Positions 25,588 to 38,201 of a DNA stretch of 64,000 nucleotides are shown in pieces. Each line of letters starts with the position of its first letter. Position 1 is the first letter of the stretch. This DNA comes from Raja brachyura (taxonomy: Eukaryota). Under the pieces are notes generated by a model that saw only the letters and a list, made by a program, of their open reading frames with translations, ran no database searches and had not been told where the DNA came from. Made by a program: the position numbers and the translations under genes. The stretch covers positions 41,602,001 to 41,666,000 of the forward strand of contig OY740800.1 of NCBI GenBank assembly GCA_963514005.1, written 5' to 3'.

Positions 25588-27879
25588 TTCTATGTTTCTA
25601 TCCCAATATTTAGTCATTTCCATCGAATTCCCGTGTGTTGAGAGTCAAAAATGAGATATTGATAATTAAAATTGAGTAAATACTTATAAAATTGTCAAAT
25701 AATTATAGTTTAATGTTGACTGCATGAGCAAATAAAGTAGGTTACAAATTAATATAATGGCATACTTGGGGCAAGTTTTCACCCCATACCGAAAATGTAT
25801 AAAAATAAGACTTCCAATTTTATTTTTATTACTCTGCCTAATAAAAGAGGTGAATAATCTCAGAGATTGTGAGCAAAGGGGAATGTGTTTGATGTTGAGA
25901 AGTTGTTCAGCAAAAATTGAAATAGTTACATGTAGAGCTTTGCAAAGATTTACTTAAAATGTATGTTAAATGTGTCTGCTTAAAGTGAAAGTTTTTTTTG
26001 TGCGAGGTATATTTTAATGATGATTTATATGATGTTCTCCATTTCAAAAGAATTCGTATTTAATGATGCCTTTATCACAAAACTTGTAAATAGTCGCATC
26101 TGCAGACACTGTCACATGGAAGGTTCTTGCAATTTCTGTAACAGCTTGTTGGAGTCATTGAAGACAGTATTTGACCAACAGAGCGTAATTTTGCAGCTGT
26201 TTCATTCCAAATGCTGGCACCAATCCAATATAGGAAGCTTTGTCCAAAGAACAAGGGATCTCCACTTTTATTTAAAATCAGGGTAAAGTGCAAAGCTCTA
26301 ATAAAAACGATTACTTGCATCCCTGACTGAATCTCAATCATGTTCCAAGTGACTGTCTGTCCACCGCATTCAAGGTGCACACAATTCAGCCCAAATATCC
26401 ATTTGTACCGGCATTTTTCATATACACAACTCAAAGCTAAAGAGCTGAACTCTACTATGACAGTGTAGAGTTATATTTTTACATCATGGACTGGCCCAAG
26501 GGGAAAGCTGATCTTGCAAATAATGTATATATCACTAATGTATCTTTTCTTCACAATGGCAGAAGGCACTAGCAAGACATACCCACTACTCCTTGTATGC
26601 ATGTCAATGATTACCAAATTCACTGAAGGATAAAGGAAGTTAGTTTACTTAGCCTTAGCCATATGAGAATGCAAGTGGGGCATAAGTTTTTCGCACAACA
26701 TTGTATATCAAACTGAGGGGCAAAATGTTTCATTCCATCCCCCCAATAAAGATATGTCATTCTAAGACAGATGAATGAAAATTATTTTTCAAATAGTATG
26801 CATGAGTATATGAATAGTTTGGGATGGACAATGAGTGTGACATCCTTGCTTCAGGAATGAATAAATGAAAACAAATTTGTTTCTACATCATAAGTAACAT
26901 TCAATTCAGGCAGCAAGAATGCACTTGGACCTCAGATTATTCAAAGTCTCAAGAATAGGTGACATTAATTACATAATACTAAAGAAAGCCAGTGAGAGGA
27001 TTTTATAAGATACTGACAGGCAAATGGAGAAAGATGTTGAATATGGAAAATCTTACTAAAATTGAAACAAAACAGTAAGGTAATTAAAAAAAACTGGCAA
27101 GAGGTAAAAATGTAATTTGACATGACAACCAGAAAAATAATAGAATTGAATGTTAATAGAGGTCCAAGAGTTAGTCTTGGGTTCATTATCATTTTAATTT
27201 TATGAATGGTCAGCATTTTATACTAATAATAACAACATAATAAATCTACAGGTGCTACAATATTTCACATTGTTGTAAAAATCAGAAAATGCTGGAGAAA
27301 CACCGAATAGATTCGGGTTACCTCTTGAAAAAACGTTAATGTTTCAGATTGGAGACCCATCTTTGACCTGGAATTAAAAGCCAATTTCACTTTCTGCCGG
27401 TAATGTGTGACATGCTGAGTGTTTTCAGCATTTTCTGTTTTTATGTCAGATTTCCAGCATCTACACTATTTTGATTTTCATTTGTAGTGTACTCAATTAT
27501 AGCAAAAAAAATTACAGACTTTGTGATGGCTGAGAAAATGATGAAGTAGATGGAATTACCGCAAATGGAGCCCAATATGTGGAAGGGCGAGAAAGTAAAC
27601 TTCTAAACTAATCTGATTTTCTATAAATTACACAATTTAAAAAATATAAATGAGAAGAGAGATCATATTACCCATAAATGCTAAAAAAGTAGCAGGGTAA
27701 GTTGAAAAGATGGTTTTAAACGCATGCCATTTACTTGGCATTACTTCAGGTCAATAGAATATGAAGCAAAGTGATAAAGCTGAAAGCATTTCAATTTATG
27801 ACTGAGTTCAACGTAATACTTGAGGGGGAAAACGGGAAGCACCAAATAAAATTCTGGATTTGGTTAAGATCAACTTTAA

Positions 27880-28590
27880 CTAGATAAGAAAGGAAAGGGA
27901 AAAGCCAGAGAATTGCGGACCAGTTAGTCTAACATCTGTTGCCAGGAAATTACCCTTTTGTGTTTAAAGATAGAGTGTCAGGACATTGGAAATTTTCAAC
28001 TGGTCTGAGGTAGTTAGCACGAGTTCTTAAAATAACTCATGCTTGACAAACCTGATTGAATTTGTTGAAGAGCCTAAAGTGGACAGACAGCAAATGCTAT
28101 TTATATGGGCTTACAGAAAGCATTTGATGAAGTCCCTCGGGGGAGATTGTTGGCTAGAGCTGAAACTCGTGGATTTGAAGGTAAATTATTGATTGGCTTG
28201 TGAAACTGGTAGAGGGTCAGGAAAAAGCAGTAGAAAAAAAAAAGATCAAGAACACTAATTGGCAAGAATTTGCAGGTAATGCCCCAAGAGTATTCACCAC
28301 ATTTATAAAGGACTTAGATGATGGGATAAAAGACCTCATATCTAAGACTGCTAATTACACAAAAATAAGCAACAGTGTAAGCAGTGAAGATGAAAACTTT
28401 AAATAAAAGAGAAATATTAATGGATACTGCACTAATTGGATGGTCAGCGAAGTGGCAAATGGCATTTGTTCTGCAAAAAGTGGTTTAGCCAAGGCCAAAC
28501 ATGTTAAGGAAATCTCCAATAAATGTTTGGATACTAGTAAGCTAAGAGGAATAATAGGATCTTGATGTGCATGTCCACAGATCCACAAAA
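27880..28590 (+). mobile_element. Old CR1 RT fragment
   Basis: gagaattgcggaccagttagtctaacatct (NxRPVSLTS), tcatgcttgacaaacctgattgaattt (SCLTNLIEF), cagaaagcatttgat (QKAFD). Confidence 0.8.
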
Positions 28591-29232
28591 CAATGATTCA
28601 CTTATTTTCTGTCAGTCTAAATGTTCACTATTGTCACTTAATTTACACTAATAGTAATTGAACTCTTTTCTGTTTAAATCTATTCTGAACAAGACTACAA
28701 ACATGTTTGGTGTACAGTGTCTGTCAATTGTATTAAAGCACTCCTGATAATACAACATTAAAAAACATGCAAACTACCAGAAATAGCAGAACATGCATAT
28801 TATAAAGATAACTTAAGACATTAGAACATTTTTTACCCTCGTGTATATTTTGTGAAATTATAATTTTAGCCATATCTGAACCCATCTGCACTATTATCCA
28901 CTTCATCTGAGAGTTTAATGGTGTAGCCTAATGTTCAGCCTAATTCTGTCAGTTTCCTGCCACACGGTTTAGTTCAACATTACTTCTTTTATATTTTCCA
29001 ATCGGATCATATTCCAGCAAAAGTGGCAACATTTGAAGTTAGAGTTCCTGTGAATTACTGATAACTGTCAAGTCAATTTTGGTAACCAGGCCCTTGTTTG
29101 GCTCTGAGTGTCAGGATGAGATAATATGTCCCCATGCAAACCACCTCCTCAATGATGCAACTTGCAGCTCTAAAGATCTGAGATTAAGTTAGACACAGAA
29201 GCTTCCAAATACTTTGATCCCCGATCTTCAAA

Positions 29233-29390
29233 AGGAGTTAGATACTCTGGGAGTTAACGGAATCAAGGGATATGGGGAGAAGGCAGGCACGGGTTACTGA
29301 TTGTGGATGATAAGCCATGATCACAGTGAATGGGGGTGCAGGCTCGAAGGGCCAAATGGCCTCCTACTGCACCTATTTCCTATGTTTCTA
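29233..29390 (+). mobile_element. CR1 3' end
   Basis: ggaatcaagggatatggggagaaggcagg...cctatttcctatgtttcta. Confidence 0.85.
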
Positions 29391-30286
29391 TTACATATTA
29401 CTTTCCCAAAGTGCCACACCTTTATCCCCTCCAAATGAAAACTGACAGACATAAATTGTTATTTTAGATACTGCTGCTAGAAGACAAGGGAGCACAATAA
29501 CGCAATAACAGTTCTACTTAACTTGGCCTTTTGAGAGGAACATCTGAGAGGAACATTTCAATCATTTATATCTGATCTTTTCAATCAGATATTCAGTTAT
29601 TCATATCATTGCACTAAAGGTTTAGTTTAAATGAAATTTGTGCCTTGAATATGGCCTGCAGAGAATCTTTGCATAAGTTCGGCCCTTTGCCATTCACTGA
29701 GACCATGGCTTATCTGAGGTCTCAGGCCTGTGTGCATCCGAAAGGCAGCTCAGTGCCTAAAGTTCTACAATGGTACAAATTATCTGTGTCAATTATTAGC
29801 TCATGGAAATTCTCATCTATCATGCAAATCTAGTGGTTAATGAGAGAAACATTCTTATAAACTCCAAAAATAAACGTTAACAATATCTGCAGATCAATAT
29901 TTAAACAGAACAGAAATTCATATTTAATCATTAACACAAAATGCATGCAAATGTGTTAGCCATCTGTTATTCTCACCTCCACACCTAGTTTGCCAGTAGC
30001 AACTGAATATAAATTCCTGCCCCAAGTTCTGCAGGTCAGTCTCCTAGTTCGCCAAATAGCAAAATAATCACAAAAATATCCCGAGAAAATCCAGTAAAAT
30101 ATCTGAGATAAGTAAATACTTGAGCCGTTTGTAGGAATATTATACTTATTTTAAATGCAACAATATGCCATAAGAACTCCAAATGTTGCTTTGGGTTAGT
30201 GGGTGGGGACAGGATTTGTCTGTCATTCCTTGTCAAACACAGATCACATGTTTGTTTCCAAACTTTTGCCAACTTCACTGCTGGCG

Positions 30287-30334
30287 AAAATGATGTGACA
30301 CAAGCAGTCCAAAATGTTGTGACACAAGCAGTCC
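30287..30334. repeat. 24-bp tandem duplication
   Basis: aaaatgatgtgacacaagcagtcc aaaatgttgtgacacaagcagtcc (1 mismatch). Confidence 0.9.
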
Positions 30335-30482
30335 AGTTTTTTTAACCTGCAAATGAAGTAACACCACTTCCACCTTATTGTACAATGGATAATTTGAATT
30401 GTAATAGGTATTTGCCTGCCCTCCGTAAATTTTGTCATAATATAAGCAAATCATTAGCATTGAGGCCTTGCTTTTTTATAGC

Positions 30483-30499
30483 ATTGCCATCTGCTGGAA
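30483..30499 (-). promoter_or_regulatory. Candidate CTCF site
   Basis: Minus strand ttCCAGCAGATGGCAat matches the CTCF core CCASYAGRKGGC; lies in repeat-free sequence. Motif match only. Confidence 0.45.
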
Positions 30500-31679
30500 G
30501 CCACATTTCACTACAAATTATTTTCAATATAACATTCATAAATAAATCACTTCCCGCTCAGAGCATGCAACTAAATCTGATTTCTCATCTTCTGAATCGA
30601 GTTACATGCCTTTTCACTTCCAGGTCAGTCATTTCAACAAGCACAGAGAAGGCGTGGCCAGCAATCACAGATTTTGCTGCATTGAAATTAATCATGATTT
30701 TAAAACCATTTTAAAATCCAAACAATTGCAGTTACATTACAAATTAAATTTATAAACATTATAAAGTCTCACCGTCAATAAGCAGGAAATAATATAATCG
30801 TATATTAAACATTCTAAAATGCAACTAAAGAAACAAATTCACTGTACATAAAATAAGAACACGTCAATTTTGAACCAGGTAAATGTATTACAAAAGATAA
30901 ATGCTAAACCGTAACCACCCAGCGTCTATTTAAATAATGTGTTAATCATTTAATTCTCTACTGTCTAGTTCACACCATTTCCCTCAAAAAAATGATTTAG
31001 TTAGAATTTTTCCTGCCTGTGCCAGTATCAGTACGGATTTTTTCTTTCTCAATTACCAAAAGGAATACTTTCCATCTCTGTCAGTTTCATTACTTCAACT
31101 ACAACTAAAGAATCCCAATTACCATGATGTTGAACTCAATTCTGTCATTTCAGAGTTCCCACCTACATGTTCATGCTTTTCATGCTTTTAATGTTCATTT
31201 TCATGCATTTAATCTTTCTTTATATTTCTACCAACTGCTACATTGTTTCTTCTCTCTTTGGTTATTTTCATCACTTCTTTTCATATTTCCCATGTTCCTA
31301 TTTCCCTACTTCTTCCATATTTAAACTGATTTCTCCCAAAACTACTGGGAAGCAGTAATGAAGGGAGAAGGGACAAGAGACACAGTTCCAAACATTGATC
31401 TCTACTCAGACTCTTGTGTAAGAGTGCTTATCAAAAGCTTTCTCAATGCCCATGCAAATATACAAATGTCTTTATTTATCAAGTTATTTCAAATTTTTTA
31501 AAAAATCATCCAAATTTGTCAGACACACTTTACTTCTAACAAATCCATGCATTTTCTTCTCATGAGTATCTGCCTACCAAAATGTTCAGTCATTTCTTCT
31601 ATAAGAACTTGGAATCAAATTTATACCATGTTTCATAAAAATACTGCATTTTGAAAATCACCATCATGCCTTATGTATC

Positions 31680-31958
31680 CTAGAATAAGGGGTAAGCCAT
31701 TTAGAACGGAGATGAGGAAACACTTTTTCACACAGAGAGTTGTGAGTCTGTGGAATTCTCTGCCTCGGAGGGTGGTGGAGGCTGGTTCTCTGGATACTTT
31801 CAAGAGAGAGTTAGATAGGGCTCTTAAAGATAGCGGAGTCAGGGGATATGGGGAGAAGGCAGGAACAGGGTACTGATTGGGGATGATCAGCCATGATCAC
31901 ATTGAATGGCAATGCTGGCTCGAAAGACCGAATGGCCTACTCCTGCACCTATTGTCTA
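31680..31958 (+). mobile_element. CR1 3' end
   Basis: ORF 31673-31876 RIRGKPFRTEMRKHFFTQRVVSLWNSLP...GYGEKAGTGY plus 3' UTR. Confidence 0.9.
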
Positions 31959-33015
31959 TCTATCATTACATACTTTTCGACAAAGAAGAACTGGTGCTAT
32001 ATCGTTGCTATCCAAAGCAAAAGGCTGCCAAGCTGCAAATTAATCACATATACTGTATATGTTTTGAACTCTTATCTTATACTTAACATTGTCACCTGTA
32101 AATATTGATGCACTAAAAGTTATAAATCAACGTAATACAAAGATAATGATGGATAATGCTATTTGGGAGATTAAAACTACATTTCAATTGGTGATCTACA
32201 CAAAGGTTAGAACAATTCATAGTTTAATACAGAATATAATAATACCTTATCTAGCTTTATTTTGTGTCAAAACTAATGTTATTTGCTGTTATGCTCTGGC
32301 ATACACCATTCAATTCCTCACCCATCTTGGATTTATGAACTGCAGAAAATGCAATTTAATCACAGAGGAAAAACATTATCTTCAAGTCCACTAAATACAG
32401 ATAAATAAAGCAAATGTAGACATTTGGAAACAAAAGAACAAACTTCCATCCATCAATTTTGTTTACTGTAAATATTACATTCTCATTAATTACTGTGTTA
32501 TTCTAGAATGTAAAGATGCTGAGACTTGACAAGTCTCTTGTATGATTTCTCCAATGTAATCACTGGATTTGAAAAAGTGAAAAACATGAAATATACACAT
32601 TTAAATCTTCTTCCATTATCAGTTGGAGTGAACAGTTTCATCAATGGCACTTATAGTGAATATTGCAACTAGCCCTCCTTGTTGGACATGGCAGGAAAGC
32701 TTGTTACAATATAATCTACAGGTATTGTCGTAACAAAATAGTTGCCTACCGAAGAAACCTCGTATTAGAGAAGCAATTGAGTCAATGGGGAAAAGGATTT
32801 GGGGGTCAGACAATTTCAGACTTGCAATAACAAAAATGTTTTTTTCTGCAGAATTCTCAAAAATAGGGGCCTTTTTAATACCTATAAGTTTATTTTTGTT
32901 ACTGGGAGTGAAAAACACTAAAGCTGTACATTACATTGTTCCACAGCATTTCATTGTACAAGTATCAATAAAAGCATGTGTAGGAAAGAACTATAGACGC
33001 TGGTTTAAATCGAAG

Positions 33016-33198
33016 GTAGACACAAAATGCTGGAGTAACTCAGCAGACAAACAGCATCTCTGGAGAGAAGGAATGAGTGACGTTTTGGGTCGAGACTGTT
33101 CTTCAGACTCTGAAGAAGGGTCTTGACCCGAAACATCACCCATTCCTTCTCTCCAGAGATGCTGCCTGTCCGCTGAGTTACTCCAGCATTTTGTATCA
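33016..33198. mobile_element. Palindromic (inverted dimer) Penelope-derived unit with two hammerhead-like cores
   Basis: Left ~90-bp arm is the reverse complement of the right arm, centred near 33108; plus core CTGAAGAagggtcttgacccGAAAcaTC from 33110. Confidence 0.8.
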
Positions 33199-34140
33199 AT
33201 CAAAGCAAATGCTTGTGAATCTCTCTGGCCCGCTACGGTGAAACTGACAGACTGAGTTCTTAAGAAACAATGCCGTTTGATTACTGTGGGGAATTTACAT
33301 GGAAACATATTTTTCCCAAGACTGTTTTTTTCCCAAAACTGTGTTTTATTCTGCTTGTCAATTTCCAGAATTACTTGTGAGTGCTTCTCTAGTTCCGGAT
33401 CAAAATCAGGCTACAACCAATATAGCCGGCATAGTACAAATAGTATTCCCCAATTCATCAAACATATATATAATATAGTAACTGGCTTTTTTTTTCCTCT
33501 CTCTTTTTTCTTTTTCGTTTCTAGGGTCTATCTCTTAGTCCCCTTTCTCTAATTCTTTGACCAAGGGTTCTTTTTTTTTCCCCCCTTTGGCACGCTCTTT
33601 CACTTTCACAACTCTTTTCACCTACTTTACTCTCTCTGTTTCTATTCTTTTTTCTTAAAAGCCATAAAATTATTGGGTACAATGATTGTAACAATATATA
33701 TGTGATGTACTCTGATGTATTTACTTCTATTAAATAAAAATATATATTTTTAAAACATGTAATATCCAATTTGCATTATGGAAACATACGTTGTCGAAGA
33801 ATTACCTGTACTTCCGAAAATACTTTACCTTTAGGATAAACTAGACTAAGTGGGACCCGTTGGGCCCCAATATCACATGGGAGGGCTGGTCCCCCAACGC
33901 AATATTCTACCTCTCCACCAATTCCAATATTGGTGGCCAGTTGGGGGGGGGGGAGAGAGCTTTCTGGAGCGCTAGTATAGGTGTTGTTGTGGGCTGGACT
34001 GGTCTCCAGAGGGCTAGTATGCACATTGTAGGCCGAGTGGATTCTTGGGCTGGCGGCTCACACTCAAGCGTGTTGTGCTGGCAGCTTACTCACTCACGGC
34101 TGGTGGGCTGGCAGTTGACTCACGGCTATTTCTTGAAATT

Positions 34141-34260
34141 CCATTTCAAGCATGGTGCAAGGCCACCAAATTCAAGTGCAGTTTCTTACCACTTCAAGCA
34201 GGGTGCAACGCCACCAAATTCAAGTGCAGTTTTATACCATTTCAAGCAGGGTGCAAGGAC
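34141..34260. repeat. 48-bp minisatellite (~2.5 copies) inside the Helitron
   Basis: Unit ccatttcaagcatggtgcaaggccaccaaattcaagtgcagtttctta. Confidence 0.9.
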
Positions 34261-34584
34261 ACTAAAGACAGCGAGTCGTGACCTCTCCCTCCTCCATCTT
34301 GCAGAGTCTGAGCCACGCCCACGCTTCTGGTTTTTATTGTCCCTCCCCCAGAATGGGTGTGGCCTTCATAGCGTGATTGACAGGAGAGAGAATCTAAATG
34401 TTTTTTTAAACACTAATAACTCTTTTATTTTTCATTGATGGGAAAAATCCTCGGCACCTGATGAGCGGAGGGGGACTCTGAGTAAGATGGCCAAATTTCA
34501 CAGCCGTATGTGGTAGCGTTTTTTCTAAAATCATTATAAAGTGCAAACAGGAAGTGGTCAAGATTAGACTTTTAATTATATAGA

Positions 34585-34711
34585 AGGCAAGGCAACTTTA
34601 ATTAGGCAAGGCAACTTTAATTAGGCAACACAGCTTTAGCATTTCCAAACCAAAGGCAACACAGCTTTAGCATTTCCAAACCAAAGGCAACACAGCTTTA
34701 GCATTTCCAAA
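34585..34711. repeat. Short tandem arrays inside the Helitron (aggcaaggcaactttaatt x2; 31-bp unit x~3)
   Basis: ggcaacacagctttagcatttccaaaccaaa starts at 34624, 34655 and 34686. Confidence 0.9.
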
Positions 34712-35747
34712 CTATATGTTCAAACCACATTTAAGGGCACTGACAGGTCAGTAAAACCACTCACAGTTTAGTAGTCATGTGTTCAGTGTTATTCACAGCT
34801 CAGACTTAGAGACATGGCCCTCTCGCTTCCCCATCTTGCAGAGACTGACTGAGGCACTCAACACTTCCGGGTTTTATATCCCCTCCGGAAGGGGCGTGAC
34901 CTTCAGGAGGGAGAATCTCAACATTTTTTTAACACTAATAACTCTTTTATTTTTCATCGATGGGAAAAATCCTCTTGCCCTGCGCAACGGAGGGGGACTC
35001 AGAGTAAGATGGCCAAAAATCACAGCCGTAAGTGGCAGCGTTTTTTCTAAAATCAATATACAGAACAACAGGAAGTGGTCAAGATCAGACTTTTAGTAAT
35101 ATAGATGTCTGCTTCGGTTTAACCCAATGTAGTATCATTTTTGTTTGAAAAGCATTCAGATACCCAGCAAGGTGCCTGGTCTTGCTTGGTGCTTTCTCTT
35201 TAACCCATACTCTTTGGTTACATTTAGTTTAACAACAAGTATTCTGGAACTATTTTAGTAAAATATAATGAATTTTATAGATTGATGGAATGTTTCCTTT
35301 CAGTTCCAAAAAAATGAACTACTAAGAAAATAAACGTTCTTCAAAATGCTCTGAAAATTTTTTTCCCCAAAAAGGAAAAGTGAAAAATCAAAATGATTGT
35401 GTTCTCACTTTTCCTTCTCCATGACATTTCTCCTTAATGGTTGACTCCACTTGCAAAATAATCAATGATTGAAGCAATTCTGGTTAGTACCCAATGGCTG
35501 GGCAGTCCGGCAGAAGGAAGGTGGTCTGTCAATGATGAGCCCTAACAAGGCACAAACAAAAATAATACATGCTTCCTGTTTTGGTGCTCTTCCCACTGCA
35601 TAATACAATCTTCAATATAGCTTTCTAGATGTTGATGTTGTTTGTATACTTACAGAATTTGTCGACTTAAATCTCTATCATAATAATTAGATAGAACATA
35701 GGACAGTACACCCCCAGAACAGGCACTTAGCCCACTGCATACTAATA

Positions 35748-35874
35748 CTGAGGAAGGGTCTCGACCCGAAACGTCGCCTATCTCCTTCGCTCCTTAGATG
35801 CTGCTGCACCCGCTGAGTTTCTCCAGCTTTTTGTGTAACCCTCGATTCTCCAGCATCTGCAGTTCCTTCTTTAA
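35748..35874 (+). mobile_element. Short Penelope-derived insert with the best-preserved hammerhead-like core
   Basis: CTGAGGA a gggt ctcg accc GAAA cg TC (35748-35775); 12-bp direct repeat cacttagcccac at 35724-35735 and 35875-35886; sits in an old minus-strand CR1 tail (~35690-36140). Confidence 0.8.
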
Positions 35875-36891
35875 CACTTAGCCCACAATGTTTATGCCGA
35901 ACATGATGGCAAGACCATCTCTTATCTACCAGCACATAATCCATAACTCTCCATTCCCTTCACATCCACATACCTATCCAAAAGTCTTAAACGTTCTGGG
36001 CATTCACCACCCTCTGTGTGAAAAAGCTTGCCTCTCTCTTTTAAGCTTTGCCCCTCTCACTTTAAAGTTATGCACTCTTTTATTTGATTTTTCCACCCTG
36101 GAAAAAAATCTGTGTACTCTTCCTAAGCCTCTCATAAGTTGCAGTTCATTGTAGCTGAAAGAGTATGTCTTCAATTGGATATTACTGTGACGCTATATGC
36201 GGTTAGCAACATTTTATCAGACCTTCATATTTAATATTAATTAAATGGAAGCAAGCTAACCAAATCTGTATTACATTTCACTACTGCTTTCATGGTCACT
36301 AAAATTTAGATTTCCTGTTGAGGAAGGGGAAAAGGTCAGGATCACTGCGTTTGATCACTATAATGTTAATCATAAGGAAACAATATGACTGTTTCAGCTT
36401 GCAAACTGACATAAAAGGCTTGGGCAATAGTAATACTTTTGCTTTTAATACAATTAAGGTCACACATGTTTTATTGTGATGAAACCTATATGCAGTTGCA
36501 TTGAATTTGTGATAGCATACAAACTTTGTTGCTGCCAGACTAGGGTTATCATGTTCAAAGTGGGTGACAGACTCACATTATTAAAGGCAGCTCCGAATGG
36601 TTTCAAATGCATCCACTAGCAAAATTGTTGGATCGGATACTTTTTCCTTTTGACAGAAGCCAATTTCTGGAGCTCAGTTCTTGGGGTCAATGCCTAAAGC
36701 CATTATTCGTGAAACTGACACTTTACAAAATGCTCCATGCAAAGCTGTTCCATACCTATTTAGTTCTCTTTTGAACAGACAACATTTTGCATCAATTACA
36801 AGTGTCCAGAACTCCAACCTAAATAATTGTCTGTCCATTTCTCTCCGCAGATGCTGCCTGGCATTCTGAATTCCTCCAGCAGTTTATTTTA

Positions 36892-37188
36892 AGCGCCTGT
36901 CCCACTTACGCAACTTTTTCGGCGACTGCCGGCACCCGTCATAGGTCGTTACTGGTCGCCGAAAATCTTCAACATGTTGAAAATCCAGCGGCGACCAGAA
37001 CAAGGTACGACTCCTTCGGCGACTACTCACGACCATACAGGCTTCACCCCGCGACATGTTGCCAGGGAGTTGCCTGTATGGTCTCCTAGTCACCCAAAGA
37101 GTCGTAGCGTCTTTCTGGTCGCCGCTGAATTTTCAACATGACGGGTGCCAGCAGTCGCCGAAAAAGTCGTGTAAGTGGGACAGGCCCT
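36892..37188. mobile_element. PIF/Harbinger-like palindromic MITE
   Basis: ~50-bp TIR agcgcctgtcccacttacgcaactttttcggcgactgccggcacccgtcat and its complement; second internal inverted pair; flanks tta/ata; inserted in a Penelope-derived unit. Confidence 0.8.
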
Positions 37189-38049
37189 ATACATTCAGGA
37201 TTCTAACATCTGCAGTCTCATGTCTCCAGAGATTTTTTTAATATAGTCTTTGAATGTCATCTAGCATTTAATTTGTGCTTGCCCTGTAGCATTTCTCATA
37301 TAGCCAGGAATACCACCAACTCTTTAGTAAGTAAAAAATATTTTTAAAGAGGCATTTTAAAATTGCGATTGTTCTGAGGGATGCTAAAACAGTCACAATC
37401 AATGAATTCAATTTTAAGAAATAGAATTTTAGTTTCTCTTCTATACTTTTCCTTGGATTTTTCCTTGAGTTTGTTTTACCTATTAATAGGCTTGGTGAGA
37501 AGAATCATTATCTTCCAGTAATGTTGCAAAATAAATTGTAATGTGCCAACAGGAGGGAAATACAGGAATGACATCAAATGAATATACACTACTCACTGGT
37601 TGCTCAAAGCAACTATGGCAGAGACTGTAGAGATATCTATGAACATTTTCAATCAATCTTATACAAGTGCCCAGACTAAAGGGACTCAATTCCATGAAGG
37701 GGAATTGTTATAAATTACAATGGGACAAACAGCTAACGTAACAAGATTTAATTTAAATATTTAACTGGACAGCAGTAACCTTTATAAGGGTATGGGGTTT
37801 GTAAGAATGGGAATTCATACAATATTCCATGGTTTTAACTGTATTGCTGTTTTAATTTCTGTAATATTAAAAAAAATAACAATGGGTGATTAAAAGTTCC
37901 TTTGCTGGACTTGCATAATTGTAGAATATCCAGGTTTAATGAATACTAAAAACTCAATTGAAACAGATAGATGCAAGAAAGTTAGTTTGCCTAATCTCCC
38001 ATTTCACCCAACAGTGTGAGAGGGCAAATTAATAAATGCAGTTAGGATG

Positions 38050-38201
38050 GTTAGATAGGGCTCTTAAAGATAGCGGAGTCAGGGGATATGGAGAGAAGGC
38101 AGGAATGTGGTACTGATTGGGGATGATCAGCCATGATCACATTGAATGGCGGTGCTAGTTCAAAGGACCAAATGGCCTACTCCTGCACCTATTGTCTATT
38201 G
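38050..38201 (+). mobile_element. CR1 3' end
   Basis: Near-identical to 31810-31958. Confidence 0.9.

Larger units (their letters stand above)
33841..35105 (-). mobile_element. Non-autonomous Helitron
   Basis: Minus strand begins A|TCTATATTACTAAAAG (35105) and ends gggcccaacgggtcccacttagtCTAG|T (33841): TC/CTAG termini, AT target, no TSD, subterminal GC hairpin. Confidence 0.85.

Noticed and set aside
33860-34438. 192-aa ORF with internal repeats
   Set aside because: The repeats come from the 48-bp minisatellite in the Helitron; no Rep or helicase motifs.
34585-34711. Short repeats as a CRISPR-like array
   Set aside because: Head-to-tail tandem units with no unique spacers, no cas genes, eukaryotic context.
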